This document shows positions 25,617-38,417 of a stretch of DNA of 64,000 bases, in pieces (position 1 is the first letter of the stretch; the number at the start of each line of letters is the position of its first letter). Source of the DNA: Octopus bimaculoides (Eukaryota); assembly GCF_001194135.2 (NCBI RefSeq), contig NC_068983.1, positions 61,429,920 to 61,493,919 of the forward strand. The letters are read 5' to 3'. Both the position numbers and the translations under genes were made by a program. The notes below the pieces were generated by a model, which saw nothing but the letters and a program-made list of their open reading frames with translations, was not told where the DNA came from and did not search any database.

Positions 25617-26272
25617 TTAGCTGAATTACCCGGCGTTGCCCAGGTTACTGCTGTTCTTATTCAAATTATTAAATAATAAATATGAAGATATTTTTTGATT
25701 CTCATAATTATTTCAAAATATCTGTATCTTTTAAAAAAACTATCCAAATTGTAATGATAATAGAATTTAGAACTGAAAATCTGTTAATCTTGAAGCACCT
25801 CAGGGTAAGCAAGATTCATTGTGTAATTTTTTGTTGGTGTCCAAATAAATAGATTGTTGCTGCTTCCAACTCACGAGTAACCAACATAGAGTTGGCCATG
25901 GGAGAAACATGTAGAGAGATGAAGTCCAACTACCTTGAGGGATTGACCCTGATGTTTGTTAATAGAAATACTAAAACTTAGTTTAACTGGAAACTAAAGT
26001 CTCTTAAATTCAAATGGAACATCTGTAGGGATGAGACGAAATTTTAGAATAAAGACATTTTCTTCTTTGTGGCTACCTGTTATGATTATTGTCAGTAGGA
26101 CATGGGGCTTCATGAAAGTAACAATTAAGCGAGTTCCATTACACAGGCAAGGTGTGTCAAGATTCCTAAGCAACATAATGGGAGCATCCAGCTTTAGTGT
26201 CAAGTTATGCAGTGGCATCCCAGAGGGTTTAAGTGTGTTCAGAAATTCAACAGGATATTGAACAGCCTAATC
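25617..26272 (-). mobile_element. Helitron 3' end: PIF1-type helicase C-terminus pseudogene plus terminal hairpin
   Basis: [46 protein letters not shown]...[28 protein letters not shown]...CFSHGQLYV. 3' terminus cctgggcaacgccgggtaattcagCTAA|T (hairpin plus mutated CTAG, followed by T). Confidence 0.95.
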
Positions 26273-26279
26273 TTACCAG

Positions 26280-26353
26280 TTTCAGTCAAACTGTCTAATC
26301 CATGCCAGCATTGAAAGTTGATGCTAATGATGATGATGATGATGATGATGATG

Positions 26354-26384
<31 letters not shown>

Positions 26385-26510
26385 TGTCTTAGAAATCATG
26401 TCAAAGCTGATAGTAGAGCTTGATGCTGTCCTCAGGCATGATAGGCACCTGTCAAACTGTCCAACCCATGTCAACTTTGAAAATGGATATTAAATGATGA
26501 TGATGATGAT
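26280..26510 (+). mobile_element. Two RTE-type 3' tails, each ending in (GAT)n
   Basis: tcagtcaaactgtctaatccatgccagcattgaaag(gat)n, and tcaaactgtccaacccatgtc...ttaaatgatgatg. Confidence 0.75.
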
Positions 26511-28607
26511 ATATATTGCGCTTTTAATGGGGGTTTGTGACAAACTCAAGATCTGCTCTGGTACAAACTTTAGCTATATCACTGTAGTAGAGAACTCTCT
26601 AAATAATCACAAGTTCAGATCTTACTATGACAATTAATAGTGTACTGTGTTCCACATGTTCATTCTTTACTTTGTTTTAACAATAATTGCCAAGGCCATA
26701 CTGGATCCCTGCATGTAATTCTGCTCCAGCTTCTTCAAATGCTGGAAGGTTTCCACTCCTAATTCACAGATTAGTGGATAACAAGAGGAAGAATTTCCAG
26801 CAGTAAAAATAAATGAATAAACAAAATAGAAAGGAATTACCCTCTTCCTAAGAAAGGTACCTCCTTTTACTAAGTAGTATGAAGAAATGGATGTAAAAGA
26901 ACCCACTTACACATATACTTACACAAGCAAACATGCATTCACATGCATACAACATATACACATGCACATAATGCACACACATACATACACAACACCCATA
27001 CACATACAGCACCCACACACTCGTACCATATACTATACACAAAAAATAGCTCATTAAGAGATATAGAAATTTCCTTGCTGGTTCATTTACCCCCTGAGAT
27101 TCTGTTATGTGCCATCTACAACAACTGCTGAGAGATCTTTCTGAAAGGATAGTTTATAGGTATGTTGACAACACTTTTAAGTGATGGAGCTGAGATTTTG
27201 GAGAGAAGGTAGATATATTTTAATACTGTATCTAGTATAAATAAGGATGAGAGATGTGGGCAGAAGAGAATTAGAGAGAGGATGACAAAATGGTTGGAGC
27301 TTGACAAAATGTCTTCATTACAAGATAAACTGAACATTAAAATCTCAAACTGGAAACTGTGATATGGGTGTCCTCTGGTGTAAGAAGTAAATGAGTCATA
27401 AAAATTAATAGAAGTGAATCTAGGTAGATATATATAGATAAATAAATAGTGTGTGTGAGTGTGTGTGTAGGTGTATATGAGAGAGAATGTGTGTTAGAGA
27501 TCTTGCTAGCTAGCTAGTTAGGTTGACACATGCTGTAGATTAATAGGTCTTAAATTTGAGTGTGGAGGGATTAGTTAATTAAAATGATCTAATATGATTG
27601 GTACTTATTTCATTAGTCCTGGAGGAATGAAAGGCAACACTGACCTTGGAAGGATTTGAACTCTAAGAGTAAAGAGCTGCAAATCATATGAAGAGAGAGA
27701 GAGGGGGGTAATGAATTAGATATAAAAATTTTTAGAGAGATACACAGACAGATAGGAAGACAGATATGTAGGTAAACTGATGTAAATTTTACTTTCTATG
27801 TTAGCATAATGTGGCTGAGGAGAAGGGAAAATGTGAAGAGGCATTATGTTTGAACAAATCTTTGATCGTCTTGTTCAATTTCTTTTCATATTTTCTGATA
27901 GAGGAGATAAGGCACACACCTCTATGATGGAGTATTACTTTATTGTTAGAAAGTTAAAGGGCAATAGAAACAAGATTAATGTGATTGAGTGTTTGAGAGA
28001 TAATCTTAACTACTGGACATCAAAGAAATAGGTTTTGACAAATTATGTAGGAATGAATGAATAAAGAATTCTGTACATAATCATTGTTGATGTTTATTCT
28101 GTTGATTTCAAAGAATACCTTGGTGTAAATGTACCTGCTGCCATCCAGCTTCAGTTGATATTACAGTGATTAGTTAACAGGTAAACAGCTGGACAACAGA
28201 ATGACTCTCTCAGTAATCTCTCTCAAAATATTCTAAACAGATGTGACCAGAAGTAGCTAGAGTATTAAGGTACAAGGAACTGCTACATTCCAGCTACCAC
28301 TGAGAGAGTTGAAATACCAAATAGAAGTTTTTTTAGCTAAGTGAAAATTGGAGAAAGAAATGTTATCTTTCATAGTTTAAAGAACTTTATATTTCTGAGA
28401 CTGGTTATTAGAACATGGGTTAAATAATCATAATTTTTGTGGTGTTGTTATATTACCCTCTGTAGCATATGATAGAGATGAAAAATTACTTGTGTTTAGC
28501 TTATGAATAATCGTTTATTCAATACCTCCTTAAACCAGTAATAGTGAAAAGTACTTCTTCATGTTTACAAAGAGGTGAAATGTACCACCCATCATATATA
28601 TTGACTT

Positions 28608-28816
28608 CAAATTTTGGCACAAGGCCAGCAAGTCCTGGGAAGTAGGTAAGTCAATTACATTGATCCCAATACTCAGCTGGTACTTATTTCATCAATCCTG
28701 AGAGGATGAAAGGTAAAGTCAACCTCAGTGGAATTTGAACTCAGAACATAAAGACAGAGGAAATGCCACTAAGCATTTTGCCTGGTATGCTAATGATTCT
28801 GCCAGCTTGCTGCCTT
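28608..28816 (-). mobile_element. SINE-B, full length
   Basis: Reverse complement of the 23389-23602 type (gaggatgaaaggtaaagtcaacc...atttgaactcagaac...gattctgccagc). Confidence 0.88.
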
Positions 28817-29372
28817 GCCTACCATATATATTGACACCTAGGCACACAGGATTCTTGATAGTTAAGTGTGTTGGTCATGGACACAGCATGCTAGTCACTG
28901 GTAACAAGCCACACCAAGCAACATTCCAGAAACATCTCATTATAATAACCTTTTTACTCAGCCACAAATATGTCAAATTAGAAATATCTCATATAAGCCA
29001 GAAATTAGTTTTTATAAGTTTAATGTTAATATCAGCTACAAATTCGTCTATTATTTTCATTCATAATATTTATGATTTTTATATACTGATACTGGCAGTA
29101 ACTTATTCCAAAGAATTTTGTCTCAATCATAGCAACATATATATATATATATATTATTTTGCTTAAAAGAGTTCCAACACTGTCTGTTTTTTATGTTTTA
29201 TTTATATTCCTGCAGAACTAATGTGGGGTATAGAATATGGAATATACAATATATAATATGATATACAATATACAATATAAAATAAAATAAAATAAAAATG
29301 GATGGCACCATGAAAGAAAGTATTGAATGTAGATGAAATATTGAGTGTTCAATATAAAGGATCAAATATATA

Positions 29373-29404
<32 letters not shown>

Positions 29405-30324
29405 AAGGAGACTCGAGTTTCAGGGCTATTTCCCTTCGTCATGGCCGGTATGACAGACTTTAACANNNNNNNNNNNNNNNNNNNNNNNNNNNNNNNNNNN
29501 NNNNNNNNNNNNNNNNNNNNNNNNNNNNNNNNNNNNNNNNNNNNNNNNNNNNNNNNNNNNNNNNNNNNNNNNNNNNNNNNNNNNNNNNNNNNNNNNNNNN
29601 NNNNNNNNNNNNNNNNNNNNNNNNNNNNNNNNTGCTGGGACCAGTTTGATTGTGATTTGCTCTTTTTAAAATTGGCCTTTTATCTAGTTAGTGCATCCAA
29701 CTGAAGCATAAGGAAATTCTGTTTAATTTCTTATCCACAGAATGATTAAACAAATTAAATTTTGCATAAAACTATAGGTGGGCTATGTGATATTCATGCA
29801 TCTCTCGTGTTACTGATATGTGAGAATAGAAGTATTTAATTGAGAATAAAAATTAGGTCATACACTTGCAGTTTGTTTCAACATTTCCTCTCCACTAGAG
29901 TGTTTTTATGCATGATACTTGTTCACAAATGTAATTTTCAAATTCAACATCCTTTAGAATTAATCCAGAAAAGATACCCCTTGGGTGACAAATACTTGAG
30001 ATACATTAATGAATAAAAAATAAAAGAGTAATTTGCTGATAATTGCTGTAGTAGCTAACTATAGTTCATTTCTGGTAGCAAGTGGTAAATAATCTCTTTT
30101 TTTCTCATTTTACTTTTTTACATCCATTTCCTTATAATTGCCATAGTGGAATGGCTTTTATCAGAGTGATTAGTTTTACAATTAGATAGCCTTACTATCA
30201 TTAGCTATTCAAATATGAAGCAAGAATGTAATCTGTCCTTTGTCAGTCAGGTAAACTGGAGCAAGCAGATCTTAAGTGTACTGCTCAGGGCATAACACAA
30301 TAATTGTATCAAGATTTGATACAA

Positions 30325-30540
30325 CTCTTATGATACCAACCTGTCTAAAACCCATAGATATACAATACAAGCTTCTTGTTTTAAACTGATATGAATTAAA
30401 ACCTCCCAACAAAATTTCATGTTAATTTATGTTTCAAGCACCAGCTTAATAATAATAGTTATTTTACTAAATTTTTCATTATTATTTTCAAAATTAATTA
30501 TATTGAAAGCAGAGTGAAATATGATAATGACAGATTGTAA
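30325..30540. mobile_element. Decayed piggyBac-type MITE
   Basis: Internal gaattaaaacctccc...atttatgtttcaagcaccagcttaataataatagttattttactaaatt resembles a remembered octopus TTAA-MITE family. Termini are eroded. Confidence 0.4.
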
Positions 30541-31429
30541 ATTACATGTATTAAAGTAGAGTTAGCTTTTGCTTGATTGAAACTATTGACATCTTCCACT
30601 TGAAAGGTTTGCTTCATATCGTGTTATATTGTGCTATCAGAATAACCGTTTCATCAATGGCTAGTTCTTTGGATTTGTTTCTGTCATATTCCTAGCCATA
30701 ACATGTTTTATTTCCAGGACTTTTATTGAATATAAAGAAAACTATTGAAACAAATCTAAAACCATAGTCTTTGGTGAAATTCTTATTTTAATAACACACA
30801 AACACACACAACCAAGCACATATCTGATGTATGTATGATGTACATATATGATATATGATATATATATGTGTGTTCATTTTCCATGCAGGCATGGGTTATA
30901 TAAATTAGGTCATCCCAACTAAAAGTTGGAGGGGGACAGGATAAACTACCTGCATCAACTTGCTATAAAGGCAGGTAGTAATTTTACCTTGTCCTTATTC
31001 TTAGTGCAAGTTTTGAAGAGTGCAGTTCAATTTTAACAGCTATTTTTTCAATTTATAATGGAAGTGACAATGGTGCATATTTTGCTTTTATGAGTTCAAT
31101 AAAGGCAACAACACAACGGAAAGCGCAAGGAATATTAATGCAATATATGGGGATCGGACAATAACCGTAAGCCAAGATTCTATGTCTGAGATAAATGAAG
31201 ATTTAAATTTCTTTTAATATGTATTCTAGTTGTTCGTTTTGCAGGTCTAACTGACTAATACACTGAGTACCTTTTTCTGTCAACACAAAAATCAACATGT
31301 ACAAATGTACTTTATGAAATAGTAATCCATCCATCCATCCATCCATCCATCCAAAGCTACCTATTCACCCACATGTCTGCCAACTCATCCATCCAAGCAT
31401 GAGTATGGTAGGTGCAGGTATAACTGTGT

Positions 31430-31581
31430 AATTAAGAAATTCTCCTTGCAATCACATGATTTAGCTTAGTCTCACTGCATGGCACTTTGAACAAATATCC
31501 TTTACCATAGCCTTGGGCTGACAAAAGTCTTCTGAATGGATTTGGTGGACAAAAATGAAAGAAACTCATCATACAAACATG

Positions 31582-31630
<49 letters not shown>
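31430..31630 (-). mobile_element. SINE-A 5' half with (CA)n
   Basis: cactgcatggcactttgaacaaatatcc...gaatggatttggtggacaaaaatgaaagaa. Confidence 0.7.
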
Positions 31631-31721
31631 TGCTGAAGTGATGCAACTTCAGCAATGTGGCTACACACATAGTGTTGGTGATTTTTTTTCCTTCTTTGGT
31701 CTTTTCCCTTTTCTCTTTTCC

Positions 31722-31754
31722 TTTCTGATGAAGAGCTATACTTGAAACATCAAA
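31722..31754 (+). ncRNA. Decayed minimal type-I hammerhead ribozyme (Penelope pLTR type)
   Basis: ttt CTGATGA A GAGC tata CTT GAAAC ATC aaa. Core intact, stem I ttt/aaa. Restoring TTG to TCG and ACA to ACG (CpG decay) gives the canonical GAAAC-GUC site. Confidence 0.6.
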
Positions 31755-32221
31755 TTCTCCTTTTTACTGTGCGTCAAACTAATACATTCCATGTGCATGT
31801 CCTCTTGTTTGTTATCGTTATTTTTGATGTTCATAGTCAAGAACAGTAAGTTATTCAATTAAATATACTAAACACCCTTTAGAATTTCCTTGAAACAAGT
31901 CAGTTTTCTAAAGAGAAGAGTTAGATTTCAACCCTAAAATGTTACATGTACTTATCTAATTTGTGGCATTTATTTTACTTGGAAAAATAAAATGGTAAAT
32001 ATCTATCTGTCTGAGATTTGAACTCAGAAATTTGAGCCCCTATGATAATGGTGCTTTATTAAGTTTGTTCAGTGGACTATGAAACCAGCTTCTCTATACT
32101 GAAATAGAGTCTAGTACCAATGTTTCCTTGTGGCAGGCTTGAAAATTGTAGAGATCCCCACTACATGAAACCATTAGTAGTTGTGTTAATCCACAAATAA
32201 AAAATATGTATATAAAGTATA

Positions 32222-32625
32222 CAGGTGCAGGTATGGCTGTATGATAAGGAGCTTGCTTCATAGCCACATGGTTCTGGGTTCAGTCCCACTGGGTGACACC
32301 TTGTACCAGTGTTTTACTATAATGTTGAGCTGACAAAATCCATGTGAATGGATTTGATAGATGGAAACTGAAAGAAGCCTGTCATATACATATATGCATA
32401 TATCTATGTGTGTGTGTCTTTGCATCTGTGTTTGCCTCCCCCCACTGCTTGGCATCTGGTGTTGGTGTGTTTACATCCCCACAACTTAGCAGTTTGGCAA
32501 AAGAGACCAATATAGTAAGTACTAGGCTTAAAAAAATAAGTCTTGGGGGTCAATTCATTTAACTAAAACCCTTCAAGGTGGTGCTCTAGCATGGCCCCAG
32601 TCAAATGGCTGAAACAATTAAAATA
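32222..32625 (+). mobile_element. SINE-A, full length
   Basis: gggttcagtcccactgggtgacaccttgtacc...tttgcctccccccactgcttggc...gcatggccccagtcaaatggctgaaac. Confidence 0.88.
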
Positions 32626-32628
32626 TGC

Positions 32629-32685
<57 letters not shown>

Positions 32686-34084
32686 AGAGAGAGGGGGAGA
32701 GAGAAAAGGAGAGGGAAAGAGAGAGAAAGAGAAAGTGAGAGAAGAATAGAAGGGACAGGAAGAGAGAAATAAAGATACACTGACACACACATACCTATAT
32801 ATCAGTAAATATGAAAAATCATTAGTGATCAGTTTATTGACAACAGAAATATGAAAATAAAGTCATTTGAGAATCAAAAGTCCCAATTACAGACAGTAAA
32901 ACTATTTACAATGACATGTCACTCACAGAATACTCTGAAAATGTAATATGATTCAATTTCACAATGTCTTCTGACATCCAGTTTTTATTGTTGTATATTC
33001 ATTCAGTCATTAAACAGAAATATTCAGGACATAATAAATATATTTAATAATTGAAACTGAGAAAAAACAAAAATGAAAAGAAATTGGGCAATGCCATCAT
33101 AAATTGCAGTATCACTTTCTTAATTATCTCCTGTTTTGAACAATTACGTTAATTGGTAAAAGAATAATTTCATGTTTGTATGTGTTTTCAAGCCATACCA
33201 GCATGAAATATAGAAAAACAAATGTAAAATAATGAAGATAATGAAAGTGATGATTAATGCTGATCATAATAAAATATTTATGCATATTTAATGATTGTGA
33301 GTGTGTGTGTGTTTGTACATATATATGTATGTGTGAATACAAATGTGAATATGTATGTGTGGTGAATACAACTACACATGTATGTACAGATACACACACA
33401 TACACACATACATACATAAATACATAGTTAAATAAGATTCTGCTAAAAGTCTTGTAGTATGCAATGCAAAGCTTGTCGACAGTTATTGGCTACTTGATGT
33501 CATCAAGCAGTAGAAATTCTCTTGGTATTAGGTATACATCAGGAATTCTATAGCATCCAAAGAGTTTATATAAATAGATAAATGATAGAAGATGGAATGA
33601 ATAACATTCTTTATTTAAAGTCACTACAATTGTTTCGGCACATTTTTACACCCATAGTACATCGGTGAGATGTTATGTACTTTAAAAGTTAATTTTATTC
33701 CTCATTCTGTTTTGCATTTTCTTCCTTATAATCTGACCATGAAAATTGAACTGTAATTTATAGTCGACCTGACCCATTTTTTTTCTATTTCTTTTTTCTG
33801 TATTTTGTTTATAATTGTATTTTTGTCTGTCATTATATCTATGATTTAGTTTTCTCTGCAAGCTGCAGACAGTAACACTGTTTTGGGTATGAATTCACAT
33901 GCTGAGTGGAATGACAGTAGTATCTAACAAAGGGCTTATTTAAACAACCACTTGCAGAGGCAGATCTTACACCTTTGATGGATGATAATGATTACACAAC
34001 ATTTCACCAATGTACTACAAGTGTAAAAATGTACCAAAACAATTGTAGTAATTTTAAACAATGTCATTCATTTCATTTTCTATC

Positions 34085-34117
<33 letters not shown>

Positions 34118-34127
34118 CATACATACA

Positions 34128-34160
<33 letters not shown>

Positions 34161-34279
34161 TTTTGACAGGAAATTTGGTTGTTATCATGCTGCTGGACAT
34201 CTGTTACTGAGGAACCCATAGCAGGATGAAATCATGTGATCTGGCAGTTCTGGCAGCTGTAGCAGACAATTTGTATCTG

Positions 34280-34450
34280 TCTCCTTTTTTGTTAAACTTT
34301 GTTGGAACTGGTGGATAAGGGTAAACAGTTTGGTCGTTCTCTTGGATTGACTGTAGTTGTTGATTTTTTTTCAAAGTAGGTATTGTCTTGAAAGAGGGAT
34401 AGGGTAGTGTTTATGTATTTTTCTGAGTCCATGATTACTACAGAAAAGTG
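34280..34450 (-). pseudogene. Penelope-like RT N-terminal fragment
   Basis: VVIMDSEKYINTTLSLFQDNTYFEK matches the PLE 'ADKG.AVVIMD..DY..K...LL.D..TY' motif. Confidence 0.7.
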
Positions 34451-34634
34451 ACTCCAAGAACTTAAATATATATATAAAATACAAAAATGGGATAAAACAT
34501 CCAGACGGTTAGGTGATACAAAAAAGGGACAACAAAACATCCAGAAAGATGATACAAAGAAAACAAGGATGGGTCATTTGGAGTTTTCTTTCCTCACCTG
34601 TGCTTTGAAGAACTTAATCTATGTTCTCAAATTA

Positions 34635-34853
34635 CTCTCTTTTACTCTTTTACTTGTTTCAGTCATTTGACTGCAGCCATGCTGGAGCACCACCTTTAGT
34701 CAAGCAAATAGGCCCCAGGACTTATTCTTTGTAAGCCTAGTACTTATTCTATCGGTCTCTTTTGCCGAGCTGCTAAGTTACAGAGACGCAAACACCACCA
34801 TCGGTTGTCAAGCGATGTTGGGGGGACAAACAGACACACAAACATATACACAC

Positions 34854-34904
<51 letters not shown>

Positions 34905-35062
34905 TACGACGGGCTTCATTCAGTTTCTGTCTACCAAATCCACTCACAAGGCTTTGGTCGGCCCGAGGCTATAGTAGAAGACACTTGCCTAAGGTGCCAC
35001 GCAGTGGGAATGAACCCGGAATCATGTGGTTGGTAAGCAAGCTACTTACCACACAGCCACTC
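34635..35062 (-). mobile_element. SINE-A, full length, CpG-retaining (young)
   Basis: Near-identical to 871-1241, with intact head gagtggctgtgtggtaagtagcttgcttaccaacc. Confidence 0.92.
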
Positions 35063-36514
35063 ATGTGTGGAGGTTTTTTAAAAAACTTTAGTAACAATCT
35101 TCCACCCGGGTTCCGAACCCACAACTCCAAATCACCATACAAACACAAGTTGCCGATGTCACGTACGTCTAGTCCAATGGAATTTTACAAACACCACTTG
35201 CTGATGTCACCTAACTCCAGACCAATCAAAACCAAGTTTCAACGAATACAACGAAATGACCCTTTAAGAGAACCAACCAGCCAGAACGACTTATGACCGT
35301 CTTCACAGGGAAACCAACTAAGCAGGATGACAAGCTTGACCATGGAAAAAAATGTCACCAGTATTTTAACGAATCAAAAATTAGATCCGCTTGTGGAAAA
35401 AAATTATAAATACATCTGATCCCAAAACATACCACTACAAGTGAAAGCGTCTACAGAAAGAGGATCAGAGAAACTAGATCAAATTCCTTTGTTTACTATT
35501 TCACCCTTGTTTTTTTCAGTATGACTTGTCGAACACCACTAAAATTAATGAACTTTGTACATTCAAGCAAATTGATATACAGTTTTAATATTATTGATGG
35601 CTATGAACATTCAAACTTACTCTTGTCCTTCTAATTCATAATGCTAAATTTATCTACTGTGAACATATTAATTTGTCAACATTGAAACATTTTAATTTGT
35701 CAACATTGAAACTTTTAACGATGCTTTTCTAATTCATAAATTAAAATTTTTACCATTGATAAACAAAGATGTTTTTCTAATTAATAACTTTACTATTGAC
35801 AAACAAAAAATATTGTTGATACAAGTTTGGTATATATGTAAATAAATGTATTTTAAACATCTATGAGTTTTTGAAATTTCAACATATTTTCCTATATTTT
35901 TTCGTGCGTGGAAATACCACCCCTCTTTTGTTATATATNNNNNNNNNNNNNNNNNNNNNNNNNNNNNNNNNNNNNNNNNNNNNNNNNNNNNNNNNNNNNN
36001 NNNNNNNNNNNNNNNNNNNNNNNNNNNNNNNNNNNNNNNNNNNNNNNNNNNNNNNNNNNNNNNNNNNNNNNNNNNNNNNNNNNNNNNNNNNNNNNNNNNN
36101 NNNNNNNNNNNNNNNNNNNNNNNNNNNNNNNNNNNNNNNNNNNNNNNNNNNNNNNNNNNNNNNNNNNNNNNNNNNNNNNNNNNNNNNNNNNNNNNNNNNN
36201 NNNNNNNNNNNNNNNNNNNNNNNNNNNNNNNNNNNNNNNNNNNNNNNNNNNNNNNNNNNNNNNNNNNNNNNNNNNNNNNNNNNNNNNNNNNNNNNNNNNN
36301 NNNNNNNNNNNNNNNNNNNNNNNNNNNNNNNNNNNNNNNNNNNNNNNNNNNNNNNNNNNNNNNNNNNNNNNNNNNNNNNNNNNNNNNNNNNNNNNNNNNN
36401 NNNNNNNNNNNNNNNNNNNNNNNNNNNNNNNNNNNNNNNNNNNNNNNNNNAGTATATGCATATATACGTACAGGTATGTGCATACCGACATCCACCTGTA
36501 TGTATAGGTGCATA

Positions 36515-36628
36515 TCTGGGTACAGGACATTGCAAACAAAACGTAGACGAGAAAACACACAAGCCACATAGAGAACATTCTACTTCATCAGCTACCCCTG
36601 TTTTAACACCGGCGTTTCGAAGAGCTGA
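36515..36628. mobile_element. Non-autonomous Penelope-like repeat; related copy at 45120-45270
   Basis: Both copies share gggtacaggac...cttcatca(g/a)ct. The gtttcg motif is present in this copy. Confidence 0.5.
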
Positions 36629-36879
36629 TACATACATACATACTTACACATATAAAATATATTTACGTGCAGATATACACAACAGGCTTCTCCACTGTTT
36701 CCAAATATTGCTCACAAGATAATGTCAAATCAGGTGACACACACAAACCCAGATCCATGCAGTAGCAAAGTCATCCTCCTAACAATCTGTCTACGCCTCC
36801 TGTATACTGTCAAGAAGATTAACTGTCTTGATATCAGTGTTGACAGTAATTTTAATTTCATGCCTTTGAATAAATTAAC

Positions 36880-37102
36880 AAGGTTTCTGAGGTGGTGAGG
36901 CAAGACCTTCGAACATTGGACCTCACCGAGGCGATGACTACTGACCGAGACCTTTGGAAATGTGCTGTGCGTGAGAAGACCCGGCAAGCCAAGTGAGATC
37001 GNNNNNNNNNNCCGGTTTCACCAGTCCTCAGTCAAATCATCCAACCCATGCTAGCATGGAAAGCAGACGTTAAACGATGATGATGATGATGATGATGATG
37101 AT
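36880..37102 (+). mobile_element. RTE LINE extreme 3' end (ORF C-terminus, 3'UTR across a 10-N gap, (GAT)n tail)
   Basis: EVVRQDLRTLDLTEAMTTDRDLWKCAVREKTRQAK*, then catggaaagcagacgttaaac(gat)n. Confidence 0.9.
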
Positions 37103-37366
37103 AAATCCATCAGCTTGTAGTTAGTCATGCTATGTAGAATTATAAGAACATCAGTTTGGTACAACCTACACAGAAAACAATTGAATCTATTATAGAGTAG
37201 GGTGTAAAATATAGAGTTAATTCACAAATTTCAGCAAGTTTCTTTGATCAGCAGACATTATGTCATTTTCCATTAAAAATTTTCACAATGATTTTTCAAA
37301 TCAAATAAAAAATCAAGAAAAGCAAGTAATATAAAAGCAAGAAAAGCTAGTAATATAAAAATAGGC

Positions 37367-37541
37367 ACAGGAGTTGCTGTGTTGTAAGAAGCTTGCTTCC
37401 CAACAACATCGTTCCTGGTACAGTCCCATTGTGTGGCACCTTGAGCAAGTGTCTTCTACTATAACCTTGGGTCGACCAAAGCCTTATGAGTGGATTTGGT
37501 AGACGGAAACTGAAAGAAGCCCGTATATATTTATATATATA
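37367..37541 (+). mobile_element. SINE-A 5' half; matching 3' half at 38665-38870
   Basis: ggcacaggagttgctgtgttgtaagaagc...gacggaaactgaaagaagcccg(ta)n. Confidence 0.88.
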
Positions 37542-38417
37542 CAGGAGTTGGACAAAATAATGGAAATACGTAGCATCATACCATCATAATTTTGAAATAT
37601 CTATAAAACCATCAAAAACTCGTCTATTTTGATGTTTTTGATTTATTATTAGTGTTGCTTAATATGTTTTGCTAAAATTGCTGTTTCTTTTCAGATATCA
37701 TCAGAAAAAGACAATTAAAATTCATTAAAATGACAGATCAATCGGAATTTCAAAGAGGTTAAATTGTTGGTGCTTGTATGGCAGGCACTAGCATAATGAA
37801 AGCAACCGAAATGCTTGGTGTATCAAGAAGTACTGCCTCAAAAGTAATGACAGCCTTTGAGAAAGAGGGAAAAACCTCCTCATCGAAACAAAACTCTGTA
37901 AGAAAACCAAAACTTTCAGATAGGGACCATCAGACTCTTACACGAATTGTTAGAAAGGATCACAAAAGTACAGCTCTCAAAATTACTGCAGAGCTTAATG
38001 ACAACCTCGAGAACCCAGTTTCCACAAAAACTGTTCGCAGGGAGCTGCACAAAGCCAGACTTCATAGGAGGGCTGTAATCAGAAAACCACTACTTTCAAA
38101 AGCAAAAGTTGCAAAGCGTTTAGAGTAGAGTAAAAACCTACAGAATTGGTCTCTAGAGCAGTGGAAGAATGTTATTTTCTTGGATGAGTCATCCTTTGCC
38201 TTATTTCCGACCACCAGCCAAGTACATGTGTGCAGACAGCCAAGAGAAGCATTTGACCCAGACTATCTTCTTCCAACTGTTAAACATGGAGGAGGATCTG
38301 TGATGATCTGTGATGTTCTGGGGGGGCTATATCTTGGAAATCTGCCGACCCTTCATGGCAGAATTAAAGTCAAGACTATTTAAGCATTTTATCTGATCAA
38401 ATTCATCCTATGGTTGC
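37542..38417 (+). mobile_element. Tc1-family transposon 5' part with transposase pseudogene (ATG 37730, in-frame stops), ending at a gap
   Basis: TA target then caggagttggacaaaataatggaaa TIR. Paired-like HTH GVSRSTASKV...VSTKTVRRELHK, first catalytic Asp DESSF, and PTVKHGGGSVMI. Confidence 0.93.

Noticed and set aside
26667-26906. Minus-strand ORF with apparent exon GVETFQHLKKLEQNYMQ
   Set aside because: Poor polypyrimidine tract, no recognised homology, and surrounded by decayed TE sequence.
36575-36625. CTGATGA and GAAAC motifs on the minus strand as a hammerhead
   Set aside because: The order is reversed, and neither stem I nor a GUH site forms.
35734-36722. Long 199-283 aa ORFs (also at 29345, 56383-56821 and 59479-60396)
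   Set aside because: They are open only because they span N gaps.
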